DNA of 64,000 nt. It comes from Alphaproteobacteria bacterium (GTDB lineage Bacteria; Pseudomonadota; Alphaproteobacteria; UBA7887). The translations under genes and the position numbers were made by a program. The stretch is from the NCBI GenBank assembly GCA_965216755.1, contig CBDCGL010000011.1:4544001-4608000 (forward strand), written 5' to 3'. This document shows, piece after piece, positions 48,486 through 57,987 of the stretch; position 1 is the first letter of the stretch, and each line of letters begins with the position of its first letter. The notes below the pieces were generated by a model, which ran no database searches, had not been told where the DNA came from, and saw only the letters and a program-made list of their open reading frames with translations.

Positions 48486-50078
48486 CTATTCGAGCACCAA
48501 CGTGGGCGCAAGGTTCGGGTCTCCGTGGTCGTTTGCGCCTTCGATTGAGTAGTATAGGGCTTTGCCGCTTGGTCCTTCGTCGGTCTTCTTTATGAGCCAA
48601 GTTGTTACGCCAGCCAGTACATCATCCGTCACGTCCCAAGTGACCTCACCGAGCAAACCATTTGTGTGAAGCACGGGGGGCGCTGTTGCCGGCCCAAAAT
48701 TGCCGCCATTCCATTGCAACGAACAATCCGGCTGTTGATTGGAAATTTCATCGTCTACCGCGCAATTCCACGTAACCCCCGGTCCGTTTCCACGAGTAGA
48801 TTGTGACCCTGGAACACCGGCGTTCTGACCATTGCCTTCGGTGAAGTCCTCGAGCAATGGATGCGCATCCACAGTGCGTCCGTTCGTACTCCAATTGTTG
48901 CCATTCTCGGCAATAGTGAGCGAAAGAGTTGCACCCGTCAAAGATGCCGCGTTTAGAAACGCATCTATTGCAGCACTGTCAAAGGCTACCAGCGCGCGGT
49001 TGTTGCCGCTTGCTCTCACGCGGAGCCTTGGGTTGGCGCCTTCGTTGCGATTCGAGTTGCCCTTGCGAAGAATACTGTCTTCCACCGCTGCCAATGTGGC
49101 GCTGGGGGAAAACTGAAGAGCGACCCCCTGAGTGCCGATCAAACCGGTATTGATGATCTCCTCAAGACCACTCCCATCAGTACTCAACCGATAAATCTTC
49201 GCAGCGGGCACACCCACACTCACGTAGAGTTTCTGGTCAGAAGAGTCGATTTCAAGTCCGGTCGGCTCTGGACTGATGCCTGAGATGGGAATGTTCTCAA
49301 CGTTGGTCCCGTCCAAGTTGGCACGCTGGATCTTGGGCGCAGTGGGCAGACTTTCAGTCCAATACATTTTGGCATTAGCCAAATCCAAGACGAGGTCGAT
49401 AGGCATTCCCAAACCTTGGACCAGAGGTGTCAAATTCCCTTGTGACAGTGGAACCGAAAAATCTCCGGTCATGTCAGCTCTATATATTTTCCCCGTCGAA
49501 ACCTGCTGGCCGCCAAGCTCGACCCAGTACATATTTCCAGCCTGGAGGTCGAGATCCAGCCCTAGCTCCAGACTCGTGCTTCCGATCACCAAATCCTCAA
49601 CATTGGAATTCAGGCCGTCCATGTCAGCGCGCTGAATTTTTGCAAGACCCGGCAGGTCGCGCGTGCCAGCAGTCCAATACACCTTCCTAGCAATCAGATC
49701 TAAAGCCACGCCCCTGGGATTAGCCAACCCCGTTGCAACATCTTCTACCAGAGTGCCGTCCAAGTTCGCACGACGAACGACGCCGTTTTCCTGACTTTCG
49801 AAGATTTCGTCGGCCCAGTAGATTTTGTTACCCGCCGCGTCCACGACAATTCCCCGAAGCGCCCTTTGATTTGTCGCATCCTGTGGTGTCACCAAGACTT
49901 CCCTTGAAGGTGGCGTACCGTCCGGATCAGAACGCTCAATGATGTCGGTGTGGTTGTCCGTCCAATACAACTTGATTGGATCAGCTTGCGCGGTCGCTGC
50001 GGCAACGAACGCGAACGAAACCGCAAAAAGCATCTGGAACAGCAAGCCCTTCGCCCACTTAATTTGGATTGGACGCAT
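48486..50078 (-). CDS. Secreted protein with a six-bladed YWTD (LDL-receptor class B-like) propeller and a C-terminal DNRLRE-like beta domain
   Basis: Signal peptide ending AQA; repeats KLYWTD, KIYWAD, KVYWTA, NMYWVE, KMYWTE and KLYVSV with IxRAxxDG; C-terminal EDSILR...NEG...RALVAFD. Confidence 0.75.
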   Translation of the reverse strand: MRPIQIKWAKGLLFQMLFAVSFAFVAAATAQADPIKLYWTDNHTDIIERSDPDGTPPSREVLVTPQDATNQRALRGIVVDAAGNKIYWADEIFESQENGVVRRANLDGTLVEDVATGLANPRGVALDLIARKVYWTAGTRDLPGLAKIQRADMDGLNSNVEDLVIGSTSLELGLDLDLQAGNMYWVELGGQQVSTGKIYRADMTGDFSVPLSQGNLTPLVQGLGMPIDLVLDLANAKMYWTESLPTAPKIQRANLDGTNVENIPISGISPEPTGLEIDSSDQKLYVSVGVPAAKIYRLSTDGSGLEEIINTGLIGTQGVALQFSPSATLAAVEDSILRKGNSNRNEGANPRLRVRASGNNRALVAFDSAAIDAFLNAASLTGATLSLTIAENGNNWSTNGRTVDAHPLLEDFTEGNGQNAGVPGSQSTRGNGPGVTWNCAVDDEISNQQPDCSLQWNGGNFGPATAPPVLHTNGLLGEVTWDVTDDVLAGVTTWLIKKTDEGPSGKALYYSIEGANDHGDPNLAPTLVLE

Positions 50079-50632
50079 GAGAACTCCCTCCCAATCGCTG
50101 GAAACGATGTGCAAATCTTCGGCTGTGTCCTTGGCTGCACAGCTGACAATCACCGATTGGTGGAATGTGCGATCGGTTTCGAGATTTCGCACGGCGCATC
50201 GTGCGGGTGTGCGTTATTTGGTTCAGTCGCACACGAGCAACCTCGAATCCACAGCCAGGTCACCTCCGCGGCCACCAACTCAATGAAACATTGACATCCA
50301 GCGACTGCACATGCGCGGCGCTGTTGACATCGTCACCAATGAAATAGACAGCCTACGAACCAGTGAAAGCTATATCAAATAGGAATACTATTGATTGAAT
50401 TTGTCAACTAGTAGTTCTACCAGTTCGTGTATTTCGCAACGTCAAGTGTCGCACTGGCAACAGGTCTAGCGCGTGACATGGTATACCGTTATAGCATTAC
50501 TCGGCATAGGAATGAGTCGCAACTAGTCAGTCGAGCTGAGCCGTGAGCGAAAGTGATTGATCGTGCATTGAAGGAAGTGACGCGTCTTGATGATGGATGG
50601 CTGGCCGCGTCCCCGGGGCGAAGCGGTTGGCC

Positions 50633-50812
50633 ATGAAAGACAACACTGTAGTTCGGCTATCCCAACCGGGAGAAGTCGAGGAACGGTTGACCGCAGTCTT
50701 GCGTGCCGGTGCGCGCAACCTTTTGTCGGAAGCAATTGATGCGAAAGTCACGGAGTGTGTGAAAGGCCGATTCGAACAGGAAAACGCACAAAAGCTGTGG
50801 TCGGCAATTTGA
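50633..50812 (+). mobile_element. IS256-family transposase 5' remnant
   Basis: MKDNTVVRLSQPG...LTAVLRAGARNLLSEAIDAKV resembles IS256-family N-termini; truncated after about 60 codons. Confidence 0.5.
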
Positions 50813-51496
50813 TCTTGGAACGGAAGGAAAGCGACGAGGTTTGGCGATGACAGGTTGCGCTTAGGGCGAGGCACGCGTGAACACGCTGCTTCCGGACACA
50901 TTTGCGCTTTGTGAAAGCCCATAGGCTGCTGGTCCAACCAGTGGTCGGGCATCGAAATGACAAAGGTCGTGGCGAGGGTCTGGGCGCGGTTCATATGACC
51001 CTCGGATTCGACCGGCACAGCAAAATCGTGGTCACTCACCATGCGGGTTTGAAAGTCAATGCCCGGCACTGGCTGGCGACCCATGTGTGTCGGGCGCGCA
51101 CTGATTCGTCGGACTTTATGCGGTAGCCTGGAATTGCCCAAGATAGTTTGCCTGTATGGCAACGTTATTTCGTCTATGGCAACGACGACGTTGCCCATGC
51201 TGTCGCGACAAGTGGTTTCGGGCGACTCTTGAACGTATCGTCGACCAAGCCATTGATAATTCAGCCATGCGAACCAAGCGCCGAAAGGTTTCTATCTGGC
51301 GGCGGATGACCTGCGTTCGGCCATTGTCATTTGGGGACGCCGGCGGCGCCGGAGATCAGGGAGCGGTATAGCTGTGCGTGACCGAGTGCGATACCGTGCG
51401 TGAGATGGTCGAGACCGATTTCATCCATAGGCTTGGCGGCAACCGTGCGTGGGTTTTCGAAGATGGTTCGAGGCAGGCCAATGACCGCTGCGCAAT

Positions 51497-52120
51497 ATGG
51501 AATCGGACGTGGCACTAAAGCCGGTAATCACCTTGTCGGAGCAAGGATTGCGGCAGGCCTCGAGCCAACTTATCGCCCAAATGGAAATCGCTGGCTTTTG
51601 CCCCGAGGCGATCGTTGGCATCGCCACCGGTGGTGTTCGGGTCGTGGCGGCGATACCGGGTGTCGAGCGTTTCGATGTGGTGAGCTGTCGGCTGTCGCGT
51701 CCGGAAACCGAGTGGAAGAAAAGGCTGCGACTCAGTTTTGTGCTTCGCTTCCTGCCGTATCGCGTGACTGACCTGATGCGCGTTGTTGAGGATCGTTTGA
51801 CCTATCGCCGACGACGCGCATTCCTGGCCGCGACTTCGCAAGTTGATCTGGCACTGGAGAAAGAATTCGACCGCATTGCCACAGAAGTTGCCCGGTCGAG
51901 CCGGCGGCGGGTGGCAATAATTGATGACGCCGTTGACAGCGGGGTGACTCTTGCCCTGGTCTACCACGGACTTCGCAATAGGCTTGGTCCCAACGTGGAC
52001 CTGCGCACCGCGGTCATAACCAAGACGCGATCGCAAACAGCCCTTGAACCAGATTTCCAACTCTATGACATGACTCTGTGCCGCTTTCCATGGTCATTCG
52101 ACTACAAAGCTTCCGCATGA
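51497..52120 (+). CDS. Type I phosphoribosyltransferase family protein
   Basis: IVGIATGG and PRPP-binding loop VAIIDDAVDSGVTL; FPWS near the C-terminus. Confidence 0.85.
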   Translation: MESDVALKPVITLSEQGLRQASSQLIAQMEIAGFCPEAIVGIATGGVRVVAAIPGVERFDVVSCRLSRPETEWKKRLRLSFVLRFLPYRVTDLMRVVEDRLTYRRRRAFLAATSQVDLALEKEFDRIATEVARSSRRRVAIIDDAVDSGVTLALVYHGLRNRLGPNVDLRTAVITKTRSQTALEPDFQLYDMTLCRFPWSFDYKASA

Positions 52121-53046
52121 CCAGCACAGGTTCTAGAGCCGTCCTTTTCGTCGACTTGGACGGAACTTTGGTGTTGGACAACTCTTTTCATTTGTTTCTT
52201 CGGGCGATTGCCGAGCTTGGTACGGTACGCTTGCGGCTTGTGCTTTTTTGCGCGCTGGGGCTTCGACTGGTCGGGCGGTTTTCCGGAGGCCACGAAGGGC
52301 TTAAGCGGCGCGTGCTTGTCGCATTTTCGATTGCCCCAGAGTCTTGCCGATCGGCAATCATCGACCGGACTCTCGACCTGCTGGAACATGTGCGGTCCCG
52401 CCCGATTATGTCGCGCATCGTCGCATGGCAGGCCGCTGGGGGGCGTGTGGTGCTTGCGACGGCGGCACCTGATTGGTACGCCGTGCCTTTTGCTCGAATC
52501 GTGGGAATTGGCGACTGCATCGCGACGGCAGGCGTGCCGGCGCGGGGTTGGCACGAGTTGCTGGCGGCGGCCAAAGCGGCGGCTTGCTCAGACTGGCTCG
52601 TGCACAATGGCTTTGGCCCCGGGACTCGGGTCGGCGTATTGACGGACCATACCGATGATCTCGACCTGTTGCGGATTTCGGGCGAAGCGACTGTCCAAGC
52701 AAATCCGGCGTGCTTCGCGCGAATCACCCAGGCGCTTGCAGGCAAGGGGCCGCGGCTCGAGCATATCGATCCGGTTTCGTCGCAGGAAGGCGGCGGCAGC
52801 TGGCTTTGGTTTGATGATAGGCCGGTCGGACCTCTCGATCCCTGGGAAGTACGAACGATCCTAACGAAACACCGCTATGCACTCATCTATGGTCGCGAAG
52901 GCCGCTGGCGCCGCATCCGTCGCGGTCGAGACATCGGCATAGGCGTTCCGCGTGTCGATTGTCCCATTGTGCCCGATACACATACACGCCTTTTGATCAG
53001 CGCGAAGCGTCGTATCGTAAGGGACTGGATCGGCCTCTTTCATTGA
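52117..53046 (+). CDS. HAD-superfamily hydrolase with a C-terminal extension
   Basis: FVDLDGTL (motif I), LATAA (II), K (III) and TDHTDDL (IV); ATGA-coupled to the PRTase gene. Confidence 0.8.
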   Translation: MTSTGSRAVLFVDLDGTLVLDNSFHLFLRAIAELGTVRLRLVLFCALGLRLVGRFSGGHEGLKRRVLVAFSIAPESCRSAIIDRTLDLLEHVRSRPIMSRIVAWQAAGGRVVLATAAPDWYAVPFARIVGIGDCIATAGVPARGWHELLAAAKAAACSDWLVHNGFGPGTRVGVLTDHTDDLDLLRISGEATVQANPACFARITQALAGKGPRLEHIDPVSSQEGGGSWLWFDDRPVGPLDPWEVRTILTKHRYALIYGREGRWRRIRRGRDIGIGVPRVDCPIVPDTHTRLLISAKRRIVRDWIGLFH

Positions 53047-53092
53047 GGCGCGCATCGAAAGGAACGATCCTAACAATTGCCGATGTTGAACA

Positions 53093-54073
53093 ATGACCGA
53101 ATTCGTAGTGATCGCCGATTACCGAACAGATCCAGCTGAGGGCATGCAAGCGATCTCCAAGGCTCTGGTTGACGGTTTGCGATGCGCGGCGCACAGCGTA
53201 GAGGTTGTGAAGCCGGCGTCGCTGCCCCGGCGGCTTCTGGGCCTAGTGCTGCGGCGTCCCAAGCGAGTCGTGTTTACTCACGGCCCTGGCAAGGGGGGCG
53301 TGATTGCGTCCGTGATCTTGCGGAATCTGACGGGGGCACGAATCATTTGGGTCGCGACCCGGCCAGAAGTTGATGGATTGCCGCGAATACTGCGCGGGTG
53401 GCAAAGCGCGCATGTGGTTGTTTGCAACCGCGTGCGCAAAGATCTGCAAGCTGTGGCCCCTGGAGCGGTATTTCGACGCCAATTCATCGGTATCGATCCG
53501 GGACGGCTACACTCTAGCGCCGGACAGGCGCCGGATTGGGCAAAATTGCGCGCAATCGGACGCCCCATCGCGCTTCATGTGGGGCACTTGCGTCGTAACC
53601 GGGGGCTCGACCTGCTGGTCGAAGCCAAAAAGCGGCTCGGGGACCGTATCGAAATTGTTGTGCAGGCAAGCCCGACCTTCGCTCCCAACGCAGGGCTGGT
53701 TGAAGAACTGAAGAATGCCGGTCTTCACGTCCATTGCGACTATGTACGTGACTTGGCTGGCCTCTACGCCGCGGCGGATCTCTACCTGTTCCCGGTGCGG
53801 CCTGACGAAGCGGGAGCTGTCGAGCTTCCTTTGTCAGCGATTGAGGCCGTCGCCTGTCGTCTTCCTGTGCTCTCTACCGCTTATGGGGCCCTGCCCGATG
53901 CGCTCGCCGAAGTGGCTGGGGTGCGCTTCGCATCGCCTGACGCCTTTGCGGCTTCGCTAGAGGCGATGCTTGACGAGCCCGGCGCTCTGTCGGTCCGGCC
54001 ACTGGGGCTGCCAAAAGCGCTGCACGCTGACCGGATCACGAATGCAGTGATTCAGGCGGCGGAGCTGAATTGA
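53093..54073 (+). CDS. Glycosyltransferase family 4 (GT-B)
   Basis: HVGHLRRNRG, YAAADLYLFP and PLSAIEAVAC.LPV. Confidence 0.85.
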   Translation: MTEFVVIADYRTDPAEGMQAISKALVDGLRCAAHSVEVVKPASLPRRLLGLVLRRPKRVVFTHGPGKGGVIASVILRNLTGARIIWVATRPEVDGLPRILRGWQSAHVVVCNRVRKDLQAVAPGAVFRRQFIGIDPGRLHSSAGQAPDWAKLRAIGRPIALHVGHLRRNRGLDLLVEAKKRLGDRIEIVVQASPTFAPNAGLVEELKNAGLHVHCDYVRDLAGLYAAADLYLFPVRPDEAGAVELPLSAIEAVACRLPVLSTAYGALPDALAEVAGVRFASPDAFAASLEAMLDEPGALSVRPLGLPKALHADRITNAVIQAAELN

Positions 54074-55959
54074 TGCGACAGCTCATTTGCATTATCGGCA
54101 CCGATGGCAGCGGCAAGACCTCGTTGAGCGACGAAGCTGCGCGGCGCATGAACGACGGCGGCCAGAATGTCGCCCATGTCTGGCTGGGTGCCGAAAGTTA
54201 TTTGATGGCCCCGGCGCGAAAACTTCTGAAAGTCGTTTGGAAGCGACGCAGCAAGAAGCTGGCGACGTCCGGCGATACTTCGAAGGCACAAAAGACGGAC
54301 TACCAAGTCGAGCTTGAATCCAAGAACGCACTCGCACAGCGATATCGCTGGGGCATCCGATTCTATCTCATACTTGCGTCTGTCGACTACCAGTTGCAGT
54401 TGTGGCTGAAATTATTGTGCAACCGAAGTCGAGACACGATCATCGCAGATCGGTACGTGTTCGATGTTGCCGTCAACATTGGCTTAACTCTGGGTTGGTC
54501 GCCGGAACAAGTCATCCAGTTTGTGCAACGACAGCTTAGGCGTCTGCCGTTGCCGGGCGTAAGGCTTTTCTTGCGCGTGGAGCCTGAAGTCTCGGCGTCG
54601 CGCAAGGATGATATTCCGAGCATCGAGTATTTGCGCCTTCGCCTCGTATATTATGAAGCGCTAGCAAGGGCCTTTGGTTTTATCCAACGTGACGGTACGT
54701 TGCCGATCTCGCAGAATGCAGATTGGCTGATACAGCATGCTTCGGCTGAGTTGGCCCGACCACACGTCCACTATGTCCACGCCAACAACGAGGACGTTGG
54801 CGGCGCGGACAAAGTGCTTGCTCTAATGGCCAGGCATATGCGCGATCATGAACGTGAGGCGGGTGCCGGATATCGTGTTTCGGTCAGCCTTCGTTTGCCA
54901 ACGCCCATCTTGGAAACACATGCCTCGGCAGGGATCCCGGTGATTCTAGCGCCTTTTGTTCGCCCTCAATTCAGCGGCGGGGCGGGGGGACTCGTTGTAT
55001 TCGTGTTTCGAGCTCCCCTCACGCTGTGGTATTTTCTGCGCTTGTTCGGTCGTCAGCGTCCCGACATTGTTCATGTGAACGATTTGTATGATTTCCTGCC
55101 GGCGCTGGCGGCGCGAATGCGCAGCATTCCAGTCGTTTACCATATTCGGATGATACAGACGAAGCCAGCGGTCCAAAAAATAATGTCCGCGCTTGTCGGG
55201 CGTTTGTCGGCAGTCTCGGTCTCTGTGTCCGAGGCGGTGCGGACGCATTATTTCCCTGTTTCGGTGCCGGGGCGCTGCGACCAAGTGATTCACGATCTTG
55301 GTAACGCGATCCTCACAACTGACCAAGGCGATGTTACGCTATGCGGTCGGCGACCCGAAGGTATCCCCATCGGCGGAAGGCTTGTTGTGATGGTGGGGCG
55401 CATCGAGGAATGGAAAGGCCAGCACGTATTTGTCGAGGCTGTCCGCCAATTGCCGAATCATCTGCGCGCGCGGAATGTTTTCTGTCTGGTCGGTGGCGGG
55501 GTTCCTGGCAAGGACGCGTACTTGTCCCGTGTTACGGGGGAGGCACGTGCTCTTGGCATCCATTGCCTCGGCAGCCGTGACGACGTGCCTGCGATTCTGC
55601 GCGCGGCCGATATCTCGGTTCATGCGTCCACATCTCCAGACCCATTTCCGGGAGTGGTGATCGAAAGCATGCTCGCTGGGGCTGCAATCATCGCGGCGGA
55701 CGCGGGCGGTGTGCAGGAGATGATCGACCCCGGCCTGTTCGGCCTGTTGGTTGCACCTGGGGATGCAGTTGCGCTGTCTGCGGCGCTGTGTGATTCGCTG
55801 GAGGCCGTCGTTCCGCCGCGCATCGCCCACGCCGCGGTTGCCCGGCGTAAGGCACTTTCGTTGGTGGATTCTGTTGCGGTGGACAAGAAGATGGCGACCC
55901 TCTATCGGAGCCTCGTTCCCTCGCTTGCGACCACCGCGCCGACATTGGTCTGTCGCTAG
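54073..55959 (+). CDS. Fusion of a thymidylate-kinase-like P-loop domain with a GT4 glycosyltransferase
   Basis: N-terminal IGTDGSGKTS and IIADRYVFD; C-terminal GGADK, VGRIEEWKGQ and DPFPGVVIESM. Confidence 0.8.
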   Translation: MRQLICIIGTDGSGKTSLSDEAARRMNDGGQNVAHVWLGAESYLMAPARKLLKVVWKRRSKKLATSGDTSKAQKTDYQVELESKNALAQRYRWGIRFYLILASVDYQLQLWLKLLCNRSRDTIIADRYVFDVAVNIGLTLGWSPEQVIQFVQRQLRRLPLPGVRLFLRVEPEVSASRKDDIPSIEYLRLRLVYYEALARAFGFIQRDGTLPISQNADWLIQHASAELARPHVHYVHANNEDVGGADKVLALMARHMRDHEREAGAGYRVSVSLRLPTPILETHASAGIPVILAPFVRPQFSGGAGGLVVFVFRAPLTLWYFLRLFGRQRPDIVHVNDLYDFLPALAARMRSIPVVYHIRMIQTKPAVQKIMSALVGRLSAVSVSVSEAVRTHYFPVSVPGRCDQVIHDLGNAILTTDQGDVTLCGRRPEGIPIGGRLVVMVGRIEEWKGQHVFVEAVRQLPNHLRARNVFCLVGGGVPGKDAYLSRVTGEARALGIHCLGSRDDVPAILRAADISVHASTSPDPFPGVVIESMLAGAAIIAADAGGVQEMIDPGLFGLLVAPGDAVALSAALCDSLEAVVPPRIAHAAVARRKALSLVDSVAVDKKMATLYRSLVPSLATTAPTLVCR

Positions 55960-55979
55960 CCGAGGAGGCGAAGGCCACC

Positions 55980-57071
55980 ATGTTGTCTCAAGCGGAACAA
56001 TCCCGGGTCGTCTTCCAGACCATCGGGTGGCCGATCGGAACAGGCACTGCAACGCCTGCGACCGAGACTCTGGAACAGCTGACAGAGTTCGCCTTCAAGA
56101 ACCGCGTTGGACTTCTGTTTCTCGAAGAGTGCCTGCGCAAAGGCATTCGGCTAGGCCCCTCGGCGCAAGAACTGCATACGTCGCTCTCTCGTCGGCGCAA
56201 GGCTACGGACCGCGTGATTGCCAAGCTAACCCGAAAGCTCGACGAGATCGCCAAGGGTGAATGGGTAATATTCAAGTCAATCAAGCCCTTCGCTTCCACT
56301 CCGAACGATACCGACTGGTTTCCGTTGGAGCAGGGCCGACACAAGGCCTTATGTAATCATCTGCAACAAAACGGCGATTTCATTCTGATGGAAGTCGCCC
56401 CGCGGCAAATGACGTTGATCGAGGCCGGCGGTGCCAATGTAACCGATACGACCAAGAAGGGTGGTGTCTACTACGTTGATTGCTATGTCGCCCCTTCGAC
56501 CGACTACTTCGTTTACCTGGATCCACGCCGGCTGAAGCCCCATGTCGGTCAGACCGAAGTCGCGGGCCAGTTGGTTCCGATACTTGCGCCGCACGCGGAA
56601 TTAGCGGCGATAATGTTCCACAACATCTTTCCCGAAAAGAGTTTCTCGATCGAGAGCTACTACCTTATCAAGCGGTACCTGGACCTGATTGAGGCCGAGG
56701 GGACGCAAGACCAATTTGTCGCGGTTTCGCGAGACCAGAGAATGGAATACGCGGTCGCCTGCAACTTGGCGCTTGTCGCTGCTATCGATAGCGCGCAGTT
56801 CGGTTTTTTCGATCGCCGCGTTACAACCTTTTTGAAACTGTTTCGCCGGCCCGACTTCAAGGTGGCGCGGTTTGACCCGGAAGGCGCCTTTCCCCATGAG
56901 TTTTCGAACCAGGTCTTTTGGCGAACGTTCTTATCCAAGCAGCGCGACCGCACCTCTTTCATATCGACGCTCAATCAAGCCGCGCACATGCTCAATCCGT
57001 TCTTCTTTGCGGATGTGATGCGGGTCATCTATAAACGTTGCATTAAAGGCGGCGTCTATCGGCAGAACTAA
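55980..57071 (+). CDS. Putative nucleotidyltransferase (uncharacterised NTP_transf_5-like)
   Basis: VIFK...PNDTDWF (DxD), a third acidic YVD strand, and LAAIMFH. Confidence 0.55.
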   Translation: MLSQAEQSRVVFQTIGWPIGTGTATPATETLEQLTEFAFKNRVGLLFLEECLRKGIRLGPSAQELHTSLSRRRKATDRVIAKLTRKLDEIAKGEWVIFKSIKPFASTPNDTDWFPLEQGRHKALCNHLQQNGDFILMEVAPRQMTLIEAGGANVTDTTKKGGVYYVDCYVAPSTDYFVYLDPRRLKPHVGQTEVAGQLVPILAPHAELAAIMFHNIFPEKSFSIESYYLIKRYLDLIEAEGTQDQFVAVSRDQRMEYAVACNLALVAAIDSAQFGFFDRRVTTFLKLFRRPDFKVARFDPEGAFPHEFSNQVFWRTFLSKQRDRTSFISTLNQAAHMLNPFFFADVMRVIYKRCIKGGVYRQN

Positions 57072-57078
57072 GGCAGAT

Positions 57079-57987
57079 TTGATAGCAACTGTAGATCAGC
57101 AGATTGGCCAACCGCGCGCCAATGCGCGGTTTGGCATTGTGATCCCCGTGCGGATGATGGCCGACACGCTGCGGGCAGCCATCGATTCAGTCCTCGAACA
57201 AGAGATTGAGGGCAGGCGCGTGAACACTGGAAGCCGCCGCGACGTGGATCTGATTGTTGTTGTCGATGATATCGATTCCAAGACCAGATCTGTTTTAACG
57301 TCCTACGGCGATTGTCTCCGTTGGTGCCTTGGCGACGCTAGGGGCCAGGCAGCGGCGGTGAACAAGGGGTTGACTCAGTTGGATGCTGAGATCGTCAAAT
57401 GGTTGAATGCAGATGATATTCTCTTGCCGGGCGCGCTTGAGGCCATGGACCGGACCTTTGGCCGCAATCGTGATATCGATTTTGTTTATGGGGACATTGT
57501 ATTTTTGGACAGCGAAGGTCACCGTCGCGGCGAGCATCGCGAGCCTGCCTACTCGTATTTTATATTGGTTTACGGGCACAACCTCTTCGCCGATCCCGCC
57601 TGTTTCTGGCGAAAAACGTTGCATGATCGAATCGGCATGATATCTGAGGAGACTCGGTATTCGCTCGACTACGAGTTTTGGGTCCGTATCGCGCGCGCTG
57701 GACGGCGTGTCGCGCAAGTTCGCAAGGAAATAGCGGCTTATGCGGTCACCGGGATTAATATGACCGTGGTGAACCATAAGGCGATGCGCAACGAACACTA
57801 CGACGTCTTGGCCAGGCACTCAGTTTTTTGGGGGCGTATGCCACGCGGATTGCGCAACCAAATGTTGGCAGGGTTGTTGATTCTCGCGCGGGCCTGGAAA
57901 AAACTGCGCACGACATTCGAGCGCGGTTCTTTGGAGTTCGGGACATTCAACCGCCTCATTTCAAGCGCGCGGAATGCTTCAGAATAG
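57079..57987 (+). CDS. Glycosyltransferase family 2
   Basis: IVIP...AIDSVLEQ, GQAAAVNKG, WLNADD and DYEFWVR. Confidence 0.88.
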   Translation: MIATVDQQIGQPRANARFGIVIPVRMMADTLRAAIDSVLEQEIEGRRVNTGSRRDVDLIVVVDDIDSKTRSVLTSYGDCLRWCLGDARGQAAAVNKGLTQLDAEIVKWLNADDILLPGALEAMDRTFGRNRDIDFVYGDIVFLDSEGHRRGEHREPAYSYFILVYGHNLFADPACFWRKTLHDRIGMISEETRYSLDYEFWVRIARAGRRVAQVRKEIAAYAVTGINMTVVNHKAMRNEHYDVLARHSVFWGRMPRGLRNQMLAGLLILARAWKKLRTTFERGSLEFGTFNRLISSARNASE

